Shown piece by piece: positions 33,597-46,400 of a stretch of DNA of 64,000 nucleotides (positions within the stretch are counted from its first letter, which is position 1; each line of letters begins with the position of its first letter). Under the pieces are notes generated by a model. The model saw nothing but the letters and a program-made list of their open reading frames with translations, ran no database searches and had not been told where the DNA came from. Both the position numbers and the translations under genes were made by a program. Source of the stretch: Emiliania huxleyi CCMP1516 (lineage: Eukaryota). The stretch spans positions 372,001-436,000 of the forward strand of contig NW_005202303.1 in the NCBI RefSeq assembly GCF_000372725.1. Reading direction: 5' to 3'.

Positions 33597-35182
33597 GTGC
33601 GGATCGGCAAGAGCGCAATCGATCTTTTTGCCCTCTATCACCTTGGGTTGTAAGAACTTGAAACACACCACGCAGGGGCACAGCAAGCACGGATAGCCGT
33701 TGAGGAGAAAGGGCGTAAGGTGTATGCGCAGCCACGGCCGTGCCGCGGTGGGCGCGCCACCTCCCGCGAGCGCGGCGGGATCGGAATTGCGGCCGGAGGG
33801 AAGGGCGAGCCGCCGCCGCCGCCGCCATATACCATCAGCGACGACGACCGCGGCTCGCCCCAAACGCCAGGCGCTGGATCGGCAGTAGGGCTTGGGCGGC
33901 GCAGCGTAGGCCTCGAGCCACACGAGTCGCCGACAACCCCCCCTCATCGACGTGATGGCCGCACCCGCTGCCGGCCGATGCAAGCTGCCGCCTCCACCGC
34001 ACCAGCGATACTGGCCGCGGCTCGCCGCCACGCGCCGGCTCGGAAGAGGGGCTATCGGCGGCGCAGCAGAGCGGCATGCGTCATCATTCGAGCAGCACCA
34101 GGTCCCCTCTTCGACGTGACGGCCGCTCCCGGAGCCGGCCGGTGCGCGCCCGACCCACGCCCCCTCTCGCACCCCCCCGATCCCCCTGCGCGGCGCCCCC
34201 TCCACTGCGCGCCGGCTCGAGCGCCTATTGCCAAATCGCGACTTTCGAGCGCAGTGCGTGCGCCCCACACGTCACGCGAGCGCAGGAGAGTTTGCGGCAG
34301 AGCAGTACCGTGTACTAGCCGGAGGCATCGCGCCGAAAACCCCGCGCATTCCGCCCCAACAGAGGCTGCAGGAGGCAGATGGCCAATAGCGACGATCGTT
34401 ACGAAATGTAGCGTTACCGGGAGCTCTCCAAGCTGTCTTGGGTGGTAATACCTCCTAATGGCGCTGTGCGCTGGCCTGTGAGAGGTTGAGGTGCGAGCCC
34501 TGGAGGCCCTGGGGATGGGGGGGGACTACCCGCGGGCTTAGAAGGCCTTCACACTTCTCACTCTGTTCACAGCCTTGTTATTGAGAAGAAAATACCTCCT
34601 TCACCAGGAGCCTTCGCCAACTAAAAAACACAGCACCGATGCCGACTTAGTGTGGGGAGGGTCGGCGAGCACTCACTCACTAGGCGGCGCCGCAGGGCCG
34701 GGGCACTGGCCACGGCCTCGCCGACCACTAGAAGGCGGCCCACCCACTACGCGCACTATCTTAGTGCGCGGGGTGGCAGGAGGCACTCACCCACTAGCCC
34801 GCTCGCCGGCGGCCCACTCACTACGCGCACTAACTTAGTGCGCGTGGTAGCCGAGCCCGCCTCTCCGTCCGCCGGCGAAGGGCACTGCGAGCGGCCCGCC
34901 GGACCACTCCCCTCGCGGCCGGCCGGAGGCACTCACTTCCGCACACTAAGTTAGGTCCCGGCCTCCGACCGCACGACTCCCGGGAGCACTTCACCACTTG
35001 ATCCGCCACGGCGCACCACTAGCCCTCGTCCAGCTCACAGACTAACTTGCGCCGACTTAGTTCCCCGCAGGGCCCGGGAACACTCACTCACTGCGGCATC
35101 AGTGCTCTTCACACGACCTGGCGAAGGCTCCTGCCTTCACACTTCTCACTCTGTTCACACGAGCACAAAACGCGCTTGATTG

Positions 35183-36375
35183 CATGGCTGGCGATCAGCG
35201 TCGCAGAGCCTTCACGACCTGTCGTTGACGGGCAGCTCATTTGCATGGCGCCTTGCACTGTCGTCGACAAGCGCGCAGCTGACGGCGACGAGGCGGTGGC
35301 GGCCGCCGCCGCTCTCTCTCTGATTCACAGGCATCGCGCGCTCGCCAAGACCGTCCGCAACTCGGACTGGCTGTCGCTGCTCCGCCGTCTGAAAGCCAGT
35401 GGCCGCTTTCGAACCTCGGCCAGCCTCCTGCCGCCATCAGGACACATGCACCTCTATGGCCGCGTCCGCCCGGGCGCCGTCGGCTTGATCTTCGACGGCG
35501 GTGCGAGAACGACCCTTTCTCTGGGTCGAAACGCTCCTGGTTCCGGAGCCTGCTCGGAGCCTTGATTAGGTGCGGTCGACCTGCAGCACGCCCTCTGCTG
35601 GCCGTCGGGCGTCTTCGCCAAGACGGAGCACCACCTTCATGTCGGCGCCGACGGCACCGTCACGCTGAGCGGTCCATGCCGGCTACGCCTCTCCTCCCTC
35701 GAAGGGCTCCGCGCCGCCAACGAGGAGGCGGACCGCAGGCACGCCGTGTGGCAGCACGCTGGTGGCGAGCGGCCGGAGCCCTCGCTGTACAACGAGGTGT
35801 CCGTCGGGCTGAGCGGGAAGGACGTTGCCGCCATCTTTGTTCGCTCGCACGAGGAGCGGCACCTGGTGCTGGCTCTGGGCCTGCGCTCCCTCTTCCGGCA
35901 CCTCTTCTGCGGCAGGCCCCTGCCGCTGCTGCGCATCACGCCCGAGGGAGGCGCGTGCGTCGTGGCGCACGACGAGCAGCTCGCCCTGCTGAGCGCAGCG
36001 TGCGCACCGGGAGGGCTGCCGTGGGCGTGCGACGCGTCGGGCGTCGCCCCGCGGCTGCCCATCGGAGCTGATGCTCCCCTTCCTCTCGCCGGCGAGACGC
36101 GCAGCACGCGGCGAGACGTGGTTTGCGCCTCCGCCTCGTCGAGCGTGACTGTAAAGGGCGAGCGAGAGACGTCGACCCGCACCGCCGCGCCGGAGACCAT
36201 CGTCGCATTGAAGGCCGCCGCCTGCCGCCGCATCCGAGCCTCCCGGCCAAGTGGAGCGGCCAACGACACGGGGCTCTTTTGGGACTTTTGCAGTCTGCCG
36301 CAGCGGGGCCAAAAGGGGGAGGAGAGGAGCGAGGCGGAGAAGAGTGTCTTTGCGCAAGGTCTTGGCATCATGGGG
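35183..36375 (+). CDS. Hypothetical or degenerate gene ending in an LFWDFCSLPQ (HET-like) fragment
   Basis: Coding-like segments in ORFs 35047..35565 and 35746..36633. DTGLFWDFCSLPQR..RSEAEKSVFAQGL resembles HET-like algal proteins. Structure unclear. Confidence 0.3.
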
Positions 36376-37071
36376 TCGCGAGCGTCACCGGCACGGCGGT
36401 GCTCTCACATCTCCCCACATCTCCTTATATCTCCCCTTATCTCGCGCCTTGAACTGAGGCCAGCACTTGAGGCAGGCGGTGCACTGGTGGACCCCACGAG
36501 CTCGCGTTCATCCGCGCAAAAATATTTATTTACCCTCGGTTTGCCTGCAAGTGCTGGCGCGCGACCTAGCGCGCGACGTATTTCTCTCATGCAGCGTCTG
36601 AAACACAGCTTCTCGTGTGCCGCGAAGCTGTGACAAGATATATGCCAAGCCCTCCGGCAAAGCGCCTGCGGACTCACGGTGAGGCGCTGCCCGACGCTCT
36701 CCTGTCTTCGCTCGGCGACCAGAATATGGCCGAGCGTGCAACTCATGTCCATGTCCCCTCCTCCTCCCGAAAGAATGCGCGCGCCGAGCAAAGGCATTGG
36801 AGAATTGCGTCGAACGTAATGTAGCCTGGTGCCGAACACACTGAGTCTCCTCACTCCGGCCGTCGCCTCACCGGCGCGGGGCCCCGGCCACACCACGCTC
36901 GGTGGCGCGTATATGCGCCTCCCGCTGAGCCGCCTCGTCGCCGTCCAGCGTGGGCATGGCCGCCTCGGCATGCCAGTGCGTCTCGGCAGACAAGTGTCGC
37001 GTACGGCCTCACACAGTCGAGCGGAGGTAGGGGATCACCCTCGGGTGCTGCGAGGAGGGGCAGGGAGGAGG

Positions 37072-39830
37072 TCAAAAATCTAAGAAGCGGGGGGGCGGAG
37101 ACAGTGGCGCGAATGCCTTGCGCGCGAAAAGGATCATGTCCGGGCGGCCGTGCAAGTCGCCCTCGCTGTCCACGATCGCGAAAGGCTGCGCAAAGATGAC
37201 CGCCGAGCCGCCGCACCCCGAGGAGAGGGTCGCCTCTGTGAACAGCGCCTTGCGCAGCGCGCTCACGATGACGACCGCGATCTTGTGTGGGTCCGTCATG
37301 GGCTTCTCCGGGCTGTAAGGCTCGTGCTCGAGCGCGCGCGTCTCCTTGGCCAGGGAGAGCATCGCTTTGCCGATCTGCGTGTCGAAGATGGCGGGCGATC
37401 CGTCGGCGTTGGTGCGCAGAGAGATGTCGCTGAGGTAGAAGTCCGTGATGACGTACTCCGCGAGCAGCTCTCCAGCCTCCGGCGTCGGAGTCTTGAGACC
37501 CCCACCGAAGAAGAGGCGGAAGGAGGAGGGCTCGGCTGACGCGGCGGCCTCGCGCAGCGCCGGCCACTCGACCGTCTCGAGGTACGCGAGCACCGCCGCG
37601 CCGCCCGCCTTGACGGCCGGCGCCTCGAGGTCCGCGCCGCACTTCCACTTCTGCACGCCATTGAGCAGCGACGGGTTGTCGTGCTGCACCGCCAGCTGCC
37701 GCGCCAGCTCGGCGACGCCTCCCAGCGCAGGGGCAAGCACGAGAAGCTCGTCGACCTGCGCCCGCGCCGCCTCCTCCTTCGCCGCCGCCTCGGCCGCCGC
37801 GCGCTCGGCCGCTGGCGCCGCCTCCGCCTCCGCCGCCTCCGCCGCCGCGAGCGCCGCGTCGCGCTGCAGCTTGGCCTCGCGCAGCGCCGGCCAATCGACC
37901 GTCTTGAGGTACGCGAGCACCGCCGCGCCGCCCGCCTTGACGGCCGGCGCCCCGAGGCCCGCGCGCCCGGTCTTCCACGTTCTGATGCTGACGAACAGCG
38001 ACTTCTTGTCGTGCTGCACCGCCAGCTGCCGCGCCAGCTCGGCGACGCTGCTCAGGTCCGGATCGAGCGTGATGAGCTCGTCCACCTGCGCCCGCGCCTC
38101 CTCCTCCTTCGCCGCCGCCTCGGCCGCCGCGCGCTCGGCCGCTGGCGCCGCCTCCGCCTCCGCCGCCTCCGCCGCCGCGAGCGCCGCGTCGCGCTGCAGC
38201 TTGGCCTCGCGCAGCGCCGGCCAGTCGACCGTCTTGAGGTACGCGAGCACCGCCGCGCCGCCCGCCTTGACGGCCGGATCCCCGAGGCCCGCGCGCCCGG
38301 TCTTCCACGTTTGCACGCCGACGAACAGCGACTTCTTGTCGTGCTGCACCGCCAGCTGCCGCGCCAGCTCCCTGACGCTGCTCAGGTCCGGATCGAGCGT
38401 GATGAGCTCGTCCACCTGCGCCCGCGCCTCCTCCTCCTTCGCCTTCTCCTCGGCCGCCGCGCGCTCGCTCGCCGCCGCCGCCGCGTGCGCCGCAACGAAC
38501 TCGGCTGCCGCCGCTGGCGTCGCCTCCTCGCTCGCCTGCACGACTGTGAGCGGCCGCTGTGGCGCGAGGGTCCGCGTCCAGCAGAAGCAAGACATTATGC
38601 CCTGCCGGCCGATGACGCGCCCCGCAGCGATCTCAAGCTTTGTGTTGTAGCGCAGCTGGGACGCGAGCAGCCCGAGGCGGAGGAGGTAGGCACAGTCCAT
38701 TCCGCGAACGGCTGCTGCGGCCACCTACGGACACGGAACGAGGACTGAAAGCCAGAAAGATGGGGCACAGGCAGCTGAAAAGAGCGCAGCACCAGGCCGT
38801 CCATCAGCAGCTTCCGCATCGCAACGTGCCGCAGCTTCCAGCGCTGGTACGGTCCGAACGTCAGCTGGTAGTCGGCCGCAAGAAGCCCGTACTGACGCCA
38901 GATCGCTGCGACTGACGCCCGGGCAAAGCAGGAGACGGTGGGCGGACCCACACCAGTCCGATCCTCCGCATCGTCCGCCTTCGACTCCGCCAGCGCCTCC
39001 TTCTCAGCCTCAGCCTCAGCTTCGGCCTGCACAATCGCCGCCTGGGCCTCGTCCATTACTGTGGGCTCCTCCTCGTCCTCGTCCTCCTCCTCGTCCTCGT
39101 CCTCCTCCTCCGCCTTCTCCTCCTCCGCCTTCTCCTCCTCCGCGGCCGACTCGGAGAAGGTCGCCGCTGCCATCGCCTCCCGGCGCCGCCCCTCGGCCTC
39201 GGCCTCGTCGCCAACCTCTCCCCTCGCCACCGACTGCTCCCACTGCTCGACCTTGCGGAGGGCCCGCCAGAAAGAGATCTCTGTCCGCAGCTGCGCTGCG
39301 CCGCCCGCGATGCTAGTCGAGCCCTTGCGGCACGCGAGGTGCCGAGTCTGCACGACTGCTCGCACCGCTGGGAACTTGAGCGCGTGGTCGATCTCCGCGT
39401 TGACGCAATCGAGCAGCAGCTGCTTTCCGGCCAGCGGGATGCCCTCCCAGACCGTCTGCGCATCGTTAGTCGACGGCCCTGTCACCCGCAGCCCGCCGCT
39501 CGTCTTGACGCTGTTGCCGGCGGGCCGTGCAATCTCGCGGCCGCTCAGGCCACTGAGGTCGCTGCGTACCGAGGCGGCAACGTTTTCCTTGGTCTCCTCG
39601 GTGACTCGGCTCGAGCGGCGGCAGCCCTTCCCAGCCGGTGGAGGTGGTGAAGCTTCCTCAGTCACGTCTCCCGCAGCCGCCGCCGCCGCCTGCTCGGCAA
39701 TACTCTTGCTCTCCTGCCACGCCTCAGCGTCCTCGCGCTCGGCCATGTTCTGGTCGCCGAGCGCAGACAAGAGAGCGTCGGGCTTCTCCTCACCGTGAGT
39801 CCGCAGGCGCTTTGCCGGAGGGCTTGGCAT
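37072..39830 (-). CDS. Hypothetical protein with three tandem 110-aa repeats
   Basis: ATG at 39830 (MPSPPAKRLR, NLS-like), an acidic tract, then 330-bp repeats at ~37550-38470 (EARAQVDEL...ELARQLAVQHD...GGAAVLAYLKTVDWPALREA). Exon structure partly inferred. Confidence 0.55.
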
Positions 39831-40001
39831 ATATCTTGTCACAGCTTCGCGGCACACGAGAAGCTGTGTTTCAGACGCTGCATGAGAGAAATACGTCGCG
39901 CGCCAGGACTTGAGGCAAACCGACGGTAAATAAAGGCTCACTTCCTCCCGCTGATGCTCCCCTTCCTCTCGCGCCGCGTGCTGCGCGTCTCGCCGGCGAC
40001 C

Positions 40002-40363
40002 CTCGCCGCCATGCTGCGGGCTAAGACGCTCTCGCTGCCGTACGGCGGAGCCAGTGGCGAGACGGGGGTCGGGGTGGGGGCTGGGGAGGGGGAGGCCGCG
40101 GCGGGGCCGGCCGTGGAGGCGCCTCTGGACGAGCTCGAGGTGCGACGGTGTATCATTCACTTTATGCCACCGTTGCATATCCGGATATGCAACGGTGGCA
40201 TAAAGTGAATGATACACCGTCGCACCTCGAGCTCGTCCAGAGGCGCCTCCACGGCCGGGCCCGCCGCGGCCTCCCCCTCCCGAGCCCCCACCCAGACCCC
40301 CGTCTCGCCACTGGCTCCGCCGTACGGCAGCGAGAGCGTCTTAGCCCGCAGCATGGCGGCGAG
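40002..40363. repeat. Spacer-less ~362-bp palindrome
   Basis: Centre ...GCATATCC|GGATATGC... at 40182/40183. Arms match up to the gap with about 2 mismatches. Confidence 0.9.
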
Positions 40364-40464
40364 NNNNNNNNNNNNNNNNNNNNNNNNNNNNNNNNNNNNN
40401 NNNNNNNNNNNNNNNNNNNNNNNNNNNNNNNNNNNNNNNNNNNNNNNNNNNNNNNNNNNNNNNA

Positions 40465-41031
40465 CCTCGAAGTCCTCAAAGTTGAAGATGCCGTCTGCCG
40501 ACCCCGCCGCACTTCCCGACCCGCGAATTAGCGCCTGCTGCAGCCGCTCCGATGCGCCGCTGCTGAAGACCAGCCGCTGTAGGGCGGAGATGTTGGAGGC
40601 GGCGTGGGCAGTCGCCATCTGGAACGTGGATATGCAACGGTGGCATAAAGTGAATGATACACCGTCGCAAATCTGCATTCCTGGGTCGTGCGGAGATGCA
40701 TCCGGTTTGGGTACCGGCGGATAGCGGGTGAACGCTAAGGTGGGTTTCGAACCAGTGACAACGCCCGTCTGGGTTTTTTGCGCCGAGTCGAACTGCGGGA
40801 TTCGAACTCGAGACCCAATGCAGTTTTGCGACGGTGTATCATTCACTTTATGCCACCGTTGCATATCCACGTTCCAGATGGCGACTGCCCACGCCGCCTC
40901 CAACATCTCCGCCCTACAGCGGCTGGTCTTCAGCAGCGGCGCATCGGAGCGGCTGCAGCAGGCGCTAATTCGCGGGTCGGGAAGCGCGGCGGGGTCGGAA
41001 GACGGCATCTTCAACTTTGAGGACTTCGAGG
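40465..41031. repeat. Foldback: 215-bp inverted arms around a 137-bp spacer
   Basis: 40465-40679 is the reverse complement of 40817-41031 with about 3 mismatches. Confidence 0.9.
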
Positions 41032-41577
41032 AGGAGAGCGAGGAGGAGGAGGTGGAGGAGGAGGCGAGGGCTGTCGCGGCGTGCTTGACTCGCCGCTCTG
41101 TGCTCGAATGACCACGCCTGAAGTCGCGTGTGCTTCTTAGGCCCGTAGCGGCGGCAGCGGTGCCAGCGGAGGGCTCGAGGTGATGAGTGTGGCGGAGGCG
41201 GAGCTGCTGTATGAGGCGCCTTGCGAGAGGAGGGAGGGGGCGCGAGGGCGGACGCTGCGGCGGGCACCTCACCGCGGGTCCCTCGCCCCCGAAGGCGGAG
41301 CTCGAGGCGGAGGCGAGCGTGTCGGCGGAAGGGCTCACGCTGCGCGGCTCTCCGCCGAGCGACCGCCTGTCCGAGTTCTTGCGGCGGGTAGGCGCGGCGA
41401 CGACCGCCCTCGAGCACTAGCTAGAGGCACGCGCATCGAGAGCGCGCGTCGAGATCGATTCGTATATCTTTGTGTCAATAGTTGAGTTACATTGTATAAT
41501 ATGAACTGTACTGGCGTGTGACATATCTCGGTTTCATACATCATTTTGAATATGAATTGGGCGGGCGGGGCGCATAC

Positions 41578-43016
41578 ATGGAAATCTCTACGCAACATCG
41601 GAAGATCCTTGTGGACTGTAGATCGTAGATGCCTTTTAGAGATCTCTTAAGTGGCAAATCTCCTGCCAAGAGCAGCAGTAGATTGAAGAACTGGTGGAGG
41701 CAAATCTTCTCCGGTGTAGATGCTCGAGAGGAGTCTGAGATCTCGAGTTGGTGCGTGCAGTCGCTTGAGATCTTGCGACAGAGGTGGAGATTCTGACTTC
41801 GCGCCAAAGGCGCCTAGAGATCGTGTGGGCCGACTGGAGATTGCAAAATGGCGCGAAAAGAGGGTGGAGATCCTTTTGCATTGTGAATGAATCCATAGCG
41901 CATCTCCTTGAAGGTTTGAGCCCCCTCCTCCCCCGGGCCCCCGAATCGAGATTGGAGATTGGAGATTGGAGATGGAGATCGGAGATCTGACTGAATCCGG
42001 CCTAAGATGACGACGTTGGAGATTGGAGATTGAAGATGGAGATCGGAGATCTGACTGGATCCGGCCTAAGATGTAGCGACGCTGGAGATTGGAGAGTACT
42101 GGAGAGATGGAGATCGGAGAGCCCCCCAAGTCCCTAGTGGTGTCTCATCGATTTTCTTGTTTTGTTTTTAGACAAATTCTGTGCGCGGACGGCCCGGGGA
42201 GCCTCTGGCGCCATTTTAATCTGCGCTCCTCTTCATTGGCCTGCGGCGCCTGGCTTGAGCTTGGAAGTGTAAACGAGTCCGCCAGGGCGGACTGCAAACA
42301 CGGAGCGCGCTGCGCGCGCGGCCCACAGACCCATCAACTGGGCTAGGTAGAGAACGCCATTCCGCCCAGGAACTAAAACANNNNNNNNNNNNNNNNNNNN
42401 NNNNNNNNNNNNNNNNNNNNNNNNNNNNNNNNNNNNNNNNNNNNNNNNNNNNNNNNNNNNNNNNNNNNNNNNNNNNNNNNATCGTTGCTCAGGAGGAATC
42501 TGTCTTCGAACACTTATGCCGCCATGGATGACGCCGCTGAGCCAGGCCCCGGGGTTCCATTCGGATGCATCGTGACAGCTATCAAGGCGCCTGCCACTGG
42601 TGGGGGCGGCTGGCTCAAACCTTCAAGGAGATGCGCTATGGATTCATTCACAGTGACCATTCTTCTTCGCTCATCTCCAATCTCCAATCTTCTACTTGGC
42701 CACTGTCGCCGCGCCGGCAGCAATCTACGACCTCCATTTTCAATCTTCGATCTCACATCTGGGGCGGATGGCTGGGCGCTAGGATCTACAATCTGCATTC
42801 TCCATCTCCTATCTCCACATTTTGGCCCGTGTTGCTGCTCAGCGATCTGCAACCCACAATCTCAATCTTCGATCTTTAGTCTTGAATGGGGAACCGGACT
42901 GGAGGGATCTACTGGCGAGACTTGGGCGTGTCCGTGTGAGAGATCCGCTAGGATCTCCAGTCTTAATCTACTATCTCTACCCCAACGATCTACTGGTCTT
43001 GCGTAGAGATTTCCAT
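41578..43016. mobile_element. Non-autonomous TIR element with GGAGAT/ATCTCC subterminal repeats (contains a gap)
   Basis: TIRs ATGGAAATCTCTACGCAA and TTGCGTAGAGATTTCCAT, with TAC on both flanks. An internal ~40-bp inverted match links 41882-41921 and 42612-42652. Confidence 0.65.
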
Positions 43017-43162
43017 TACTCGCGGGGCGAGAAAAATCTCGGTCTGTCGTCTGACTCTGACGCGGTCATCTGGACCGACGCGGTCGTCTGACTGAGTCCC
43101 GTGCGTGTTGAAGTGCTAAAACAAAGAACAGCTGCGACGTGCGAGGTCCCTGCACACAACCA

Positions 43163-43385
43163 AAAGATCGCACGGGCGCGGGGACCTGTTGCTTTTTACC
43201 CATCTCACATCTCAGAGGTGTCCGTTTTTATTCGAAATGTCAAAAAGAAAAAATCGCCCTCGGCCAAGTCACACCAAGATCGTACAAAGAACCCTGCACA
43301 AAGATCGCAAGGGCGGGGACCTGTTCCTTTTTACCCATCTCACAGTAGAGAGGTGTCCGTTTTTATTTATTTACCAAGATCGTGC
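43163..43385 (+). repeat. Direct tandem repeat, ~135-bp period
   Basis: AAGATCGCA..GCGGGGACCTGTT.CTTTTTACCCATCTCACA..AGAGGTGTCCGTTTTTATT occurs twice. Confidence 0.8.
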
Positions 43386-43417
43386 AGCTGCAGGGCGGGG
43401 AGACACCTGTCCCTAAA

Positions 43418-46400
43418 TAGAGCTGTCAAACGTTAAGAGTTGAACAGTGTTGCTAGTGTTAACAGTAACAACAGAACAACAGTTGGGCTCCCCAACAACA
43501 GTAGCTAACGTTCACTTAACCCGCCCCAACCCGCCCTTTGGCGCCAAGTGTTCTAGCGCTCCCCTAGAGTGCCCAGGACCACCCTAGGGAGTATGAGGGT
43601 GTTGTATTGGCTGCTTGCGCGAATACAGAGAGATATGGTGGCACATGGAGGCCGCCGTCACCAAGGGTTGAACACCCCGGGGAGGCCCCCAGAGCTAAGC
43701 CTCCGAACGCCTGACCCTCCCCTTGAATGCAAGATGTGAGTGCACCCTAGGGCACCCAGTACTACTCTAGGGAGCATCAGTGTGTGGAATGTGATGCTGT
43801 TGGGTTCACACAGCAGTAAGGTGGCTCATAGAAGCCGCCTGCGCCCCGGTTCAAGCGAGCTCCCCGGGAGGCTCTTCACACCAAGACCGGCCCACACACG
43901 CTCACACACACTCTCACTCATCCAGAGACTGGAGGGAGCTGGCCATGGCAGTAGCCAACATGGTCCCAGCCTCCCTTGGCCACAGGCCTCCTGCACTTCT
44001 TGCAGAGGTTGACCTTGCACACGACGCAGCCCAACCGTGGCTCCGGGACACGCAGGCCGCTAGGCAGATAGAAGCGTGCGTGCCCCCCCGGCGTCTGCTG
44101 CGACGAGCCCTCCACCTCCTCACAGAGTAGCAGGCAGCCAGCGCAGTTGCTCCTGCCACCAGGAGGGAGGCCAAGCCGCAGCCGCTCACGCTGGCTGAAG
44201 TCCGTCTTGAAGTTCTTAATCTCGTTCTTAATCTCGCGCCTACCGCTGCGAAGCCCTCCGACGCGTCCCGCTGCACGTCGTCGAAGGAGCGCTGGTGGAC
44301 GGTGAAGCCTTGTGGACACGAGGGCCGATGACTGATTAGGCTTGATAGCGGCTTGTGCGGACGGGTGGTGGGGAGGTGGGCGAGGAGGAGGGGCAGAGAG
44401 GGTGGGAGAGGGCTAGGAGTGCGCGGGAGAGCGCTGGTAGGGCGGGCGAGAAGCGGGTCAAGAGAGGAGGGGGAGGCGGGAGAGCGGTAGGCGGAAGCGG
44501 GGGTGGCGGCGTGTCGGCTCGGGGGTGGCGGCTCGGGGTGGCAAGCGAGGGAGTGGCAGACGAGCGAGGGCGGCGAGGGAGTGGCTTGTGCGTCGCTAGC
44601 TCTCGCCTGCGGGTGGCGACGCCGTCACCTTGACGTACGAGTGGAACGAGTTGCTCACGCGCCCCTCCTCGTCGACGCGGCCCATGGCGAGGGAGACGGC
44701 GAAGGGAGACTTGCCGCCCGTCGACACAACGTCAAGGGCGATTAGGGCACGATCGGACGTCGGCGACCACACCTGCGCCGCCTCCCACTTCAGCTTAGGC
44801 GGCACGACGCAGCGAGGCTTGCTCGGCACCGCACCACCGTTCGGCACTGGCCAGACGGAGTCGACGCGGCCGCCAAGCGCCTAGCATGGAACGGGACAGT
44901 CGCTGTCTCAGGCGACTGCAGCCGGGCGATTGCAATCCGGATTGCAATGCAGGAACTACCTGCTCGATCAGCTGCGGGTGCTGCTCGCGAAACTCTTCGA
45001 CGAGAGCGGAGGCGAGGTTGTCCTCGGGCTCGAAGGAGGGGTCGTAGGTCTCCGCTCCCGTCGGGTCGGGCTCCCACTCAATCTGGTACTCGAGCTTCCC
45101 GCCCCACACCCGCTTGAGCGCCAAGATCCTCCGCACCGCGTAAAGCGGGTCGCTCTCATCACTCTCGCTCTCGCCATCGTTGGCGTCGCGCGAGCTGCTC
45201 GCTCCCGAGGGCGGCGAGAACCTACAGGGGTCGCGGCGCATCATGTGAGAGGAAAGTCAAGTGTCGCCGCTCTCGCCGCTCTCGCCGCTCGCCCGCCGCC
45301 GAAGGCACCCTCGCTCGGCGTCGTCGCGTCGCTCCTGTCGTCGTACATCGCGACGAAGCGGTCCTCCTCCTCGCGCTGCTCCTCCTCGGCCTCATTGCGC
45401 GACCGGGCCGTCGCCGCCTTGGCCGCCCGCGCGGGCGGTCGCCCCATCTGCTCCTTCTCGCTGTCGTAGTCGCCGTCGGAGAGCTCGCAGCGGTCGTACC
45501 CCGGCACCTCCCGCCTCTCCACCTCCTGCCCTGGCCGCGACCCGACGCCGCTCCGCGTGCGCCTCTTGCCCAGCAGCGCCGCGGATGGTGGCGGGTCGTT
45601 GCGCCGCCGCCCGCCAGGCGGCGCCGAGCGTGCCCGGCTAGAGGAGCCGCCAACGCCACCCGCCGCCACCCTGCGCCTAGCACCGCCACCTGCCTCGGCA
45701 GCTGCCGACACCGCCGTCCTCCGCGCCGCGGGTGCCGCCGCGGGTGCCGCCGCAGGAGCCGGCTCCCGCGGCGCTGGCGCCGCCGCCACCGCCTCTTGCC
45801 GTGCGTTGGCATCTCCCGCTGCTGTAGAGTTGGCGGCGGCGGCGCAAGAGCGTGTCTGCGGACGCGGTGGCGCCGCCGGATCCCGCTCGGACGCCGACGC
45901 GCTGGCCGCTCCCTCCGTCGCGGCGGCGGTGCCGGGCCGCATCGCGGGCTCTGTACGCCTGGCGCTGGCTGATCGCCGCACCGCCCCAGCCTGCTGTGCC
46001 TGCCTGGCGGCGTCGCGGTGCTCGATCATGCGGTCCCGCTGCAGCGAGCGGGTCTGCCTCTTGCACGCGCGGATGAGAGCGTCGGGGCTCTCGGGCACGC
46101 TGGCAGTGCCAGCGGGGCGCTCACGGGAACGGCCTCGCTGCGCAGGTCTCGAGCCAGCCGGCGCCGCCTGCTGTCTCCCGCTGTTTGCTCCAGCCGGTCC
46201 GTCGCCAGCTGTGTTGCCCTTGCCGCTGGAGGAGCGAAGAGCAGCCCGGCGCCGCAGAGGCGGCGCCTGCGAGAGCTCCGACGCCTCGGACACGCTGCTA
46301 TTGCGTGCAGCACGCGACATGAAGACCGTCGCTCTCCGGTCTACCTCCGTACCTGTCGCACAGCAACTCGTGGCAACAGCGATGACGACGCGGCGGGAGC

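Noticed and set aside
40735..40816. tRNA genes in the foldback spacer (GGTTCGAAACCC and GAGTTCGAATCCC on the minus strand)
   Set aside because: Only B-box/T-loop-like fragments; T-stems do not pair and no cloverleaf forms.
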